Assembly (NCBI GenBank): GCA_965116875.1
Contig: OZ220733.1
Location: 1,152,001 to 1,216,000 of the forward strand
DNA length: 64,000 nucleotides
Origin: Candidatus Latescibacterota bacterium
GTDB lineage: Bacteria; Latescibacterota; UBA2968; GCA-2709665
Direction: 5' to 3'
The position numbers and the translations under genes are program-made. Below the pieces are notes generated by a model that saw only the letters and a list, made by a program, of their open reading frames with translations, had not been told where the DNA came from and did not search any database. This document shows positions 39,712-47,713 of the stretch, one piece after another (within the stretch, counting starts at the first letter, position 1; every line of letters starts with the position of its first letter).

Positions 39712-41541
39712 ATGGGCGAACCCCATACCGCTGACGTTATCGTGGCAAGGGACGTGATGGTCCCGATGCGGGACGGTGTGCGCCTGGCCACCGACCTCTA
39801 CTTCCCGGGAGAGGTCGCAAGTCGGCGAACCGGGCCCTTTCCGGCGGTCCTCGAGAGAACGCCTTACAACAAGAACGGCGGTTCGTCCGCGGCGAGCTTC
39901 TTCGCGCGGCACGGTTATCTGGCTGCCGTACAGGACTGCCGGGGACGCTATGGATCCGAGGGCGTGTTCTTCCCGTTCAGGGACGACCCGGAAGACGGGT
40001 ACGACACCATCGAGTGGATTGCCGATCATCCGTCGTGCAACGGAAGGGTGGGCATGCACGGGTGTTCGTACGATGCGTGGGTGCAGTTCCACGCGGCCAC
40101 GCAGAATCCCCCGTCCCTGGCGACAATGATCCCATTCGAAGGGCCCATCAACGCGTATCATTACAGCATGCGCGAGGGCGGCGCACTGCATCTCGGCCTC
40201 CTGAACTGGGCGGTCCGGATGGCGGCCACGGGCCACGAGGCGCACGCGGACCCGGCGATTGTCGAAGCCATACAGACCATGTCCGCAGATGGGCAGAACT
40301 TCCTGGAGTGGGCGTCCCGAATCCCCTGGCGTCGCGGTCAGACGCCGCTGGCGGCGGCGCCGCAGTACGAGGACGCGGTCTTCCAGCTCTATTTCGAGAA
40401 CAACGACTATACGGAGTTCTGGCGGCAGCCGGGATTCGCCATGGACGAGTATTTCGATTCGTTTCCCGACGTGCCCATCCTCTGGATGGTGGGCTGGTTC
40501 GACTGGTATCCCCGCACCATCATCGACGGGTTCCGGAAGATGGTGAGCATGGGACGCGGGAATCAGCACCTGCTGGTGGGTCCCTGGACCCACGGCAACT
40601 GCGAGCCGTCCTGCGGCGACGTACACTTCGGTCCGGAGGGCGGCCTCCACTTCCATGAGGATTTCCACAACCTCTACCTGCAGTGGTTCAACCGGTGGCT
40701 CAAGGAGGATTCCGGGGTGGACGTGGGAAGCGCGGTGCGGATGTTCCGGATGGGCGGAGGCGACGGCAGCCGCGACAGGGACGGGCTCCTGCAGCACGGC
40801 GGGAAGTGGTTCGGCGTGGATGGCTGGCCGCCGGAGGGCGCGCGCGAGACGCCGTACTATGTCCACGAGAACGGGTTCCTGTCCCCCGAAGCCCCCTCGG
40901 AGGAAAACGCCTCGACAACGTATACCTGCGACCCGCGCAATACGGTGTCCAGCAACGGCCGGTGTATCATCCCGTATGGTCCGATGAAGGAAGGGTGGTT
41001 CAAGGGGATGGGGCCCCGCGACCAGATTGAGATCGAGACCCTTCCCGGCCATGGCATCCCCGGCATGCCCATTGCCTCGCGGCCCGACGTGCTGGTCTTT
41101 CAAACCGCCCCGCTTGACGCGGACCTGTCGGTCGCCGGGAACGTCAGGGGGGTACTCTGGATATCATCCGACACTCCTGATACCGATTTTTTCGTGAAGC
41201 TGCTCGACGTGTATCCCCCGAGCCGGGACGATCCGACGGGGTACGCCTTCCCGGTTTCCGAAGGCATCCTCCGGGCGCGTTACCGGGACAGCTTCGAACG
41301 GCCGCGACCGATGGAACCTGGAAACGTGTATCGCATCGAAATCGACATGCAGCCGACCGCCAACCTGTTCCGGGCGGGTCATCGCATCCGCATGGATATC
41401 TGCAGCAGCAACTTTCCCAACTACGATATCAACCGGAACACGGGCGATCCGGACGACAGAGACTGGCGCATCGCCCGGAATACCGTCTATCACGAGGCCG
41501 GCCGCGCCTCGTACGTTCAATTGCCTGTCTGGAAGTCGTGA
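39712..41541 (+). CDS. CocE/NonD family hydrolase (peptidase S15)
   Basis: VPMRDGVRLATDLY, RTPY, QDCRGRYGSEG, GCSY nucleophile, GWFD, GPWTH, SSNFP. Confidence 0.93.
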   Translation: MGEPHTADVIVARDVMVPMRDGVRLATDLYFPGEVASRRTGPFPAVLERTPYNKNGGSSAASFFARHGYLAAVQDCRGRYGSEGVFFPFRDDPEDGYDTIEWIADHPSCNGRVGMHGCSYDAWVQFHAATQNPPSLATMIPFEGPINAYHYSMREGGALHLGLLNWAVRMAATGHEAHADPAIVEAIQTMSADGQNFLEWASRIPWRRGQTPLAAAPQYEDAVFQLYFENNDYTEFWRQPGFAMDEYFDSFPDVPILWMVGWFDWYPRTIIDGFRKMVSMGRGNQHLLVGPWTHGNCEPSCGDVHFGPEGGLHFHEDFHNLYLQWFNRWLKEDSGVDVGSAVRMFRMGGGDGSRDRDGLLQHGGKWFGVDGWPPEGARETPYYVHENGFLSPEAPSEENASTTYTCDPRNTVSSNGRCIIPYGPMKEGWFKGMGPRDQIEIETLPGHGIPGMPIASRPDVLVFQTAPLDADLSVAGNVRGVLWISSDTPDTDFFVKLLDVYPPSRDDPTGYAFPVSEGILRARYRDSFERPRPMEPGNVYRIEIDMQPTANLFRAGHRIRMDICSSNFPNYDINRNTGDPDDRDWRIARNTVYHEAGRASYVQLPVWKS

Positions 41542-41552
41542 GAGGAGAATCG

Positions 41553-42614
41553 ATGTCCGACAGCGCAGGACCTGGACCGAAGACCGCGAAAATCGCGGGT
41601 AGAGAGATGCTTTGCATGGATGTCCCGGGAGCACCCGTTGAGGTGTCGGGCTTTCCCTGGCTGGATCGGGAGAGACGGTTCTGCCGGCTGCCCTCAGCCG
41701 CCCTGCCGGACATGAGCGATGCCGTCCGGAGGCTGGCCTGGTGCACCTCGGGCGGAATGGCGCGCTTCAGGTCGGATTCCCGCACGATCGCCATCCGGGT
41801 GGAGTTGGCGGAAGTCGTGGACATGCCGCACATGCCGCGGTCCGGAAACTCCGGATTCGACATTTACGTGGGGACCGGGGCCGGGAAGCGGTTCATCAAC
41901 GCCGCCAGGCCGCCCCTGAACGAGCGGGCATACGAAACGCTCCTGGTGGATGGCGGGGACGGCGGCATGAGGGAGTGGACGCTCAATTTCCCGGTTTACA
42001 ACGGCGTCACCCAGGTTGTTCTGGGGTTGGATCCGGGCGCAAGAATCGAACCGCCCTCCCGGTTCACGGTCGAGAAGCCGCTACTCTTCTACGGTTCCTC
42101 GATCACGCACGGAGGCTGTGCGTCCCGCCCCGGGAACACCTATCCCAATATCCTGTCGCGCTGGCTGGATGCGAGCCTGATCAACTTCGGCTTCAGCGGG
42201 AGCGCCCGGGCCGAACCGGCCATGGCACGTCTGATCGCAACGGTGGACATGCGTGTGTTTGTGATGGACTACGACCACAATGCGCCAACCGCCGACTATC
42301 TGGAGCAGACGCACGAAGCGTTCTTCCGGATTGTGAGGGATGCCCGCCCCGAGCTTCCCGTTGTGATCGTGTCGAGCCCTTCCATCAATGCCAATCCGTC
42401 ACGCTGGACGGAGAGGCGAGAGATCATTCGCGGGACGTACGCGAACGCCTTGAAGCGGGGAGATACCAGGGTCTGGTTTGTGGATGGGGAGACCCTTTTC
42501 GGCGATACCGATCAGGATGCGTGTACCGTCGACGGGGTTCACCCGAACGACCTGGGATTCCTGCGCATGGCCAAAACGATTCGTCCATCGGTCGAGGCCG
42601 CCTTGCTGGAATGA
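41553..42614 (+). CDS. SGNH/GDSL hydrolase with GxDLY-type N-terminal domain
   Basis: SGFDIY, YGSSIT, NFGFSG, DYDHN, DGVHPNDLG. Confidence 0.9.
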   Translation: MSDSAGPGPKTAKIAGREMLCMDVPGAPVEVSGFPWLDRERRFCRLPSAALPDMSDAVRRLAWCTSGGMARFRSDSRTIAIRVELAEVVDMPHMPRSGNSGFDIYVGTGAGKRFINAARPPLNERAYETLLVDGGDGGMREWTLNFPVYNGVTQVVLGLDPGARIEPPSRFTVEKPLLFYGSSITHGGCASRPGNTYPNILSRWLDASLINFGFSGSARAEPAMARLIATVDMRVFVMDYDHNAPTADYLEQTHEAFFRIVRDARPELPVVIVSSPSINANPSRWTERREIIRGTYANALKRGDTRVWFVDGETLFGDTDQDACTVDGVHPNDLGFLRMAKTIRPSVEAALLE

Positions 42615-42692
42615 ATCGTCGAACGAGATTGGGCCTACGTCGGGAAGCGGAAACCCGGACGACAGAAGCATTGTCCAGAAAAGGAGACGCAA

Positions 42693-43757
42693 ATGGAAAC
42701 GCGAACTTTTCGTGGAAGTCCCGCCGAGATCGGGAAAGCCCAGGGCTCGATGAGCCCCGAGGCCGCGCGGGACTATCTGGAGTTCTGGCAGGCCCGCCCG
42801 CACGATTTCGAGAATGCCTACTTTCGAAAGAATATGGCGTTCATGCGTCGTGAGTTTCCGGATATGACCGATCAGATAGAGGCGTTCGGCGAAGCGGCGG
42901 GAATGGGGTCCTTCGACCACGCGTACTTCGGCCACATTCTCTGGACGGGGCCTGTGGGTGATGCCTGTTCCACGCTGGGAATCATCCTGCAGGATGACGG
43001 CCCCGCCATGCTGTCCACCAACGACGGCGGCACGGATACGGTTCCCGGGACGGTTTCCAATTCCGTTGTCTCGTTTTTCCCGGATACGAAACCGCATGGA
43101 ATGATGGGGTTCGGCACCAGGCGGCAGGTCACGCTCGGGATGGCCGTGAATGACGCCGGACTCGCGGTCGGCGCGAATTCAGGGCATCGGAAATTCAACT
43201 TCGTTTCGAATCCCGAACACCTGAATCTGTACTTCGTCGTTCACCTGCTGGCGCAGCACTGCGGCGACTGCGACGACGTCCGGCATTTCGTGGAACAGTA
43301 CCGGCTCTCCGGGCAGAAGGGGATGAACCTGGTCACGGTCGACGCAGGAGGGAATATACTGGGTCTGGAACTGGAATCGGAAAACGTCGCCATTTCGGAG
43401 GCGCAGGACGGGATGCTCCTGGAGGTCAACCACTGGCAGCATCCCAAACTTCAGAATCCGTCCCGTGAGGCAGACCCCGCTTTCTGGGACGGACCCTACT
43501 TTTACAACTCCCAGGCGCGCGTCATGTATTTCGCGCACTATCGGAACGTCTTCGCCCGGATGAAGACCCTGCAGGAACTGATCGATTTCTCGTTCGACGT
43601 CCACGCGCCCGGACGCATCCTGCAGACGCACGGTTTGAACGTGGGCGACCTGATCTCCTGCCAGGTCATGTTCGCAACCTCGAGAGATCGCAGGATGAGG
43701 CTTTACCTGCATCCGATCGAGAAAGACGACTACGAGGAGTTCGAATATCCAAATTGA
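42693..43757 (+). CDS. C45 family Ntn hydrolase, paralogue of 37058-38125
   Basis: A|CSTLG, VNDAGL, EVNHWQ; shares YFR.NMAFMRREFP and FSFDVHAPGRILQ with 37058-38125. Confidence 0.75.
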   Translation: METRTFRGSPAEIGKAQGSMSPEAARDYLEFWQARPHDFENAYFRKNMAFMRREFPDMTDQIEAFGEAAGMGSFDHAYFGHILWTGPVGDACSTLGIILQDDGPAMLSTNDGGTDTVPGTVSNSVVSFFPDTKPHGMMGFGTRRQVTLGMAVNDAGLAVGANSGHRKFNFVSNPEHLNLYFVVHLLAQHCGDCDDVRHFVEQYRLSGQKGMNLVTVDAGGNILGLELESENVAISEAQDGMLLEVNHWQHPKLQNPSREADPAFWDGPYFYNSQARVMYFAHYRNVFARMKTLQELIDFSFDVHAPGRILQTHGLNVGDLISCQVMFATSRDRRMRLYLHPIEKDDYEEFEYPN

Positions 43758-43778
43758 CCACAGAGCGGAATGTCTGTA

Positions 43779-43863
43779 CCTGTCGAAACGAGCTTGTTGA
43801 AGCTCCCGTGTTTTGGTGCCCTCGTTGACCCTTCGCCGACCCTTCGACAGGCTCAGGGAGCGG
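43779..43863. repeat. CCCTTCGACAGGCTCAGGG-type REP-like element with a degenerate inverted partner
   Basis: CCCTTCGACAGGCTCAGGGAGCGG at 43840-43863; CCTGTCGAA (43779-43787) is complementary to 43843-43851. Confidence 0.55.
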
Positions 43864-44119
43864 CTCTGGGTCCCGGGCACTTGATATCCGAAGCCTGCAC
43901 TGTCGCATTTTGCGACAGTATTTGGGCTTTTGAATGAAGATGGCTATTGCGATACCGACGCAAATATCGTAGACTTTGATGTGAATTCGCCGTTTCACAA
44001 GGGCCACGCCGGTGGCAGGAAATTCCCGCCGGCGTTCAGGTACTTTTTTTCACCATTGTCCTCTACCTTTGCCCAACGCTGTCCGGCAAACCGCAGGACG
44101 TATCGAAAAGGAGCAGGAT

Positions 44120-45034
44120 TTGAGCCGCATAACGAGTAATTCGTACACGTACGTGAAGATAACGAACCTGAAGCTCATCTCACGTATGGTCCCCGTTCTC
44201 ACTGTGGCACTCGGTCTCCTTGTGCCCCAGGTCGCGTTCGGGGGCGCGTGGACTCTCGAAAAGGGCCAGGTCTGGAGCAAGATTACCGGCCTGTACCAGG
44301 CCACCGACGAACACTACGACAAGGATGGAGAACCGAGTGGGATCCCCGCGGATTATACTTCGCAGGAAGTGTATCTCGACGTGTACTACGGGGTGACCAA
44401 GCGCTTCGATCTCGGCGTTCAGTTTGGGGCGATCAATCGTAAGTTCGAGAATTTCACCTCGAACAGGCACAGAGAGATGTTCGGATACCGCGCAAAAGAA
44501 TCAGGTCTTGGCGATATCCGCGTCTTCGGCAAAGTCAACCTCGTTCATGAGCCCGTCGTGGGCACCCTGATGCTTGGGATCAAGGCGCCAACCGGGGATT
44601 TCCGCGCCGCGCCAGAGGCCATGTCCGCCGGCAACGGCCAGTGGGACGTCGAATTGATCGCGCAGATCGGCAAGTCCTACTGGCCCATCCCGATATACGC
44701 CAACGTCGACCTGGGATATCGCCTCAGAGAGACCAACGAGACCATTCACCACAACCCGGACGACGAGTTGATCTACAATCTCGAGATCGGCGCCAGCCCG
44801 GTTGAAATGTTGAACATAGCCCTCAAGCTGGAAGGGATATCGGGCTCGGGCCGGCGGGTCACCTATGCGATACCCACGGCGATCGTCAGCCTGCCGCAGG
44901 GCATCGCCCTCGAAGCCGCGGCGAGAGTGTCCGTGCTCGGCCGCGCCGACCCCTCGCTTGGGGCGCCGTATACGTTCTTCGCCGGCTCCACGTTCCTGGT
45001 CGGGATCTCGTACACCGGAAGCCTGATGGAGTAG
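44120..45034 (+). CDS. putative outer-membrane beta-barrel (transporter-like) protein
   Basis: AAGGAG RBS plus TTG start; signal-like segment then GAWTLEKG, YYGVT.RF, SGLGDI, GIKAPTG, GQWDVE; amphipathic strands. Confidence 0.65.
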   Translation: MSRITSNSYTYVKITNLKLISRMVPVLTVALGLLVPQVAFGGAWTLEKGQVWSKITGLYQATDEHYDKDGEPSGIPADYTSQEVYLDVYYGVTKRFDLGVQFGAINRKFENFTSNRHREMFGYRAKESGLGDIRVFGKVNLVHEPVVGTLMLGIKAPTGDFRAAPEAMSAGNGQWDVELIAQIGKSYWPIPIYANVDLGYRLRETNETIHHNPDDELIYNLEIGASPVEMLNIALKLEGISGSGRRVTYAIPTAIVSLPQGIALEAAARVSVLGRADPSLGAPYTFFAGSTFLVGISYTGSLME

Positions 45035-45088
45035 TCACACATTGAGGGAAATTAACTTTCCCAGTTGAGCAGAGTCGACACCCATACG

Positions 45089-45123
45089 ACAGGGGAAAGG
45101 GCGATCGCCCCTTCCCCTGTTTT
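45089..45123 (+). terminator. rho-independent terminator
   Basis: ACAGGGGAAAGGGCGA/TCGCCCCTTCCCCTGT stem followed by T-tract, between convergent genes. Confidence 0.7.
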
Positions 45124-45253
45124 CAATTCTCGAATTCAAACCGCAACAGCCAAAACGAAGCCGGATCAGACAAGGACGCAAAACTGTAACGCCTTGATTC
45201 TTTAAGGATGCAGCGCGCCGAACTTTATTTCCTTACTACGCCATCACTCCGCT

Positions 45254-45670
45254 TCAGACAAAGGGATCGACGAGTTTGACGCCGCTGGCATCGAAATCGC
45301 GACGGTTTCGGGTCGCAAGCGGCAATCCGTGAGTCAGTGCGGTGGCGGCAATGAGGCTGTCCTTGATCGGCATCGGCTTTCCCATATGACGGAGGTGCGC
45401 CAGCAGTTCCGCCCAGCGCAATCCGGTCTCGGCATCCCACGGGACGCAGTGAATGCGACGGGCGACGTCGTCAAACCAGTTCTCGAGCGTGCGACGCCGA
45501 TGCCCTCGCGGCAGCAGAAGGATCCCGAAGCGGATTTCTCCCAGGATCACGGGATCGACGGCCAGGTCGCGTTCGTTTCGCGCCAGCCAATCGACCACCC
45601 CCGGATCCGGTCTCGGCTGGGTCGCCTCGGACAGAACATTGGCGTCGACGAGAAACATCATGGTGGTCAT
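45254..45670 (-). CDS. vapC: VapC PIN-domain toxin
   Basis: FLVDANVLSE, GEI..G, DSLIAATAL.HGL.LATRN.RDF; ATGA overlap with the antitoxin. Confidence 0.92.
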   Translation of the reverse strand: MTTMMFLVDANVLSEATQPRPDPGVVDWLARNERDLAVDPVILGEIRFGILLLPRGHRRRTLENWFDDVARRIHCVPWDAETGLRWAELLAHLRHMGKPMPIKDSLIAATALTHGLPLATRNRRDFDASGVKLVDPFV

Positions 45671-45900
45671 CCGAGCGAGTCGGTCGACTCCGATTCGATT
45701 GGCACAAACCAGCCTTTTTCGGGACACGCAAGGAGTGTGTCCACCAGCCCGAGGTTCCTCGGAGGGTTGGCAACGACCAGACGATATTCGCCTCTGTCCA
45801 CCCGTTCTATGGCAAACGACTGGCCCGGTTCGAGCTTGTCCTGATGGCGAAACTCGGCCGGAATGACAATCTGACCCCTGGTTGAGAGGACTGTTTTCAT
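45667..45900 (-). CDS. AbrB/MazE/SpoVT family antitoxin (VapB)
   Basis: MKTVLSTRGQIVIPAEFR...LEPG swapped-hairpin motif, directly upstream of the PIN toxin. Confidence 0.88.
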   Translation of the reverse strand: MKTVLSTRGQIVIPAEFRHQDKLEPGQSFAIERVDRGEYRLVVANPPRNLGLVDTLLACPEKGWFVPIESESTDSLG

Positions 45901-45936
45901 AGGAAGTAAGATAACGTCTTACATGGGTATTGTCAA
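45901..45936 (-). promoter_or_regulatory. leaderless sigma70 promoter and operator of vapBC
   Basis: Minus strand TTGACA-17-TATCTT-7-ATG, no RBS; palindrome GTAAGA-n5-TCTTAC (45906-45922) overlaps the -10. Confidence 0.7.
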
Positions 45937-46090
45937 TACCAGCCCCTGCATAATCTGTCAGGGCAGTCTGATGCGCCATGTCGGACAACCGAGGAAGGAT
46001 ACCTGCTCTTTGAGAATCGTGGATGGCAGGGCCGTGCATCGGACATTAATGAAACCGAATTGCTCGAGAAGGGACGCCGTATTGACGCAG

Positions 46091-47179
46091 ATGCGGCAGG
46101 TAATCGGACTCTTCGGTTGTGTTCTATTGAGCGGACCGTTGTGGGCTGAGACACAGACGCCGGTTTCCAGGGTGTCATTATTGACGGAGAAACACCGCGG
46201 CGTCTGTTTCGTGGCCGGTCCGAGCCGCCCCGCGGATGCGGCTTTTGACCGCCTGGCCGCGCTGAACGTGAACTGGATATCCCAGACGCCGTTCGGGTGG
46301 CAGCGCAGCGCCGGCGACCCGGAGGTGGTCCTGGCGACTTCGGGACGCGTCTGGTGGGGGGAATCGGACGAGGGCCTGGCGGATGCGGCCCGCCGGGCGC
46401 GGAAGCGGGGCATCCGGACGATCCTGAAGCCACACGTGTGGATCCGGGACCGGAGCGACGGGCGATGGCGGGGAAATATCGATTTTTCCACCCTCGAGGA
46501 ATGGGACAGGTGGTGGGCGAGCTACCGGCGGTTTATCCTCCATTACGCCGAACTGGCGGAATCCACCGGCATGGAGGCGCTGTGTATCGGAACGGAACTG
46601 CGCAGCGCCGTGTTGAACCGCCCCGAAGCGTGGCGCGGGCTGATTGCGGACGTGCGGGCGGTGTACGGGGGCGAACTCACCTATTCGGCCAACTGGTACC
46701 GGGAGTTCGAGGAAGTTCCGTTCTGGGACGAACTCGACTACATCGGTATTCAGGTCTACTTCCCGCTGGCGGACAGCGTCGCCGCCGCTTTGACGCTCGA
46801 CAAATTAAAGGATGCGTGGGCGCCCCATGGAACGCTGATCGAAGCAGTTCAGCAGCGCGTGGGCAAGCCGGTGCTCTTCACGGAGGTGGGTTACAGGAGT
46901 ACCGCGGATGCGGCCGTGGAACCGTGGGTCTGGCGATCCAACGCGCCGGTCGACCTCGAGCTGCAGGCGGCGTGTTACGAGGCGATGTTCCGGACGTTCT
47001 GGCGCAAGCCCTGGTTTGCAGGCACGCACGTCTGGAAATGGTTCCCTGAAGGGAGTACGCGTTTCGGAGGCCGGCGCGCGCGCCGCCACGCACTTCAAAG
47101 GGAACGGGGGTTCACGCCACAGGGCAAACCGGCGGAAGAGGTGCTTATGCGTTGGTACCGGGGGGAGCGAGAGAAGTGA
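46091..47179 (+). CDS. glycoside hydrolase family 113 (beta-mannanase-like), secreted
   Basis: Signal peptide; LKPHVW, WRG.I, CIGTEL (acid/base), TYSANW..E..VPFWD.LD.IG..YFPL, FTEVGY (nucleophile), FTPQGKPAE. Confidence 0.85.
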   Translation: MRQVIGLFGCVLLSGPLWAETQTPVSRVSLLTEKHRGVCFVAGPSRPADAAFDRLAALNVNWISQTPFGWQRSAGDPEVVLATSGRVWWGESDEGLADAARRARKRGIRTILKPHVWIRDRSDGRWRGNIDFSTLEEWDRWWASYRRFILHYAELAESTGMEALCIGTELRSAVLNRPEAWRGLIADVRAVYGGELTYSANWYREFEEVPFWDELDYIGIQVYFPLADSVAAALTLDKLKDAWAPHGTLIEAVQQRVGKPVLFTEVGYRSTADAAVEPWVWRSNAPVDLELQAACYEAMFRTFWRKPWFAGTHVWKWFPEGSTRFGGRRARRHALQRERGFTPQGKPAEEVLMRWYRGEREK

Positions 47180-47299
47180 AGGCGGTTCGACCTGCAAACC
47201 GGCAAATCCGTCGTGAACCGGGAAGTGGAAGCAATTTCACGCACTATCGCTCTGAAACTTGATGCACTCAAGTGATACCTCGATCGAAGGCTTGAAAGG

Positions 47300-47324
47300 G
47301 TGGAGCAGACATTCCTGTCTGCTC
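47300..47324 (+). repeat. REP-like palindrome, copy 3
   Basis: GTGGAGCAGACATTCCTGTCTGCTC; the outer stem changes on both arms relative to copy 1 and remains paired. Confidence 0.7.
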
Positions 47325-47379
47325 ACGTGTATTAGGCCGTAGTCACCGAATTCCGTGCCGCGGAACCCCGTGACTTCCC

Positions 47380-47520
47380 ATCGTCTCCCACACTGAAACG
47401 GGGACGCCGCCATCCACTGGGTGCACTTTCGCCTGACTTCCGGACCGATGGATCCAACCGGACCATACGATGCCTGAATTCTGACGGAAATCGGAATCGG
47501 GTTTCTGCCATCCGGTGCCT
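47380..47520 (-). mobile_element. possible degraded IS3-family remnant
   Basis: Minus-strand peptide MAETRFRFPSEFRHRMVRL resembles IS3 OrfA N-termini, next to an IS-end-like GTCCCCGTTTCAGTGTGGGAG. No intact transposase. Confidence 0.3.
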
Positions 47521-47713
47521 TCTTTTCCAGATGGTAAGATCACCCACTCACCTACGGACAGGACCACACAACGCCTTCAACATTAAAACGCCCAAGGCGA
47601 TATCGGATGTCGTCTCCTGCTTCTTGGATATCGACACCAGTTTGTTTAGATTCAAAGACTTCCACTTTTTCTACTTACATTCCAGCGCTGCCCGATGACC
47701 TGAAGGAGATGAA

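Noticed and set aside
43960-44051. Hairpin plus T-tract upstream of the 44120 barrel gene considered as a riboswitch or attenuator
   Set aside because: No known aptamer consensus was recognised and the T-tract is separated from the stem; an Rfam scan would be needed.
45671-46090. ORF-track 5' extensions of vapC (to 46039) and GH113 (from 45923)
   Set aside because: They overlap the antitoxin gene and its promoter. Better starts are 45670 (ATGA coupling) and 46091 (signal peptide).
530-47216. Many long alternative-frame and antisense ORFs (e.g. 530-1621 -, 2943-4190 -, 16673-18100 -, 22080-23498 +, 26618-28189 -, 39691-41103 -)
   Set aside because: They overlap well-supported genes, are mostly Arg/Gly/Pro-rich and lack motifs; these are shadow ORFs expected in high-GC DNA.
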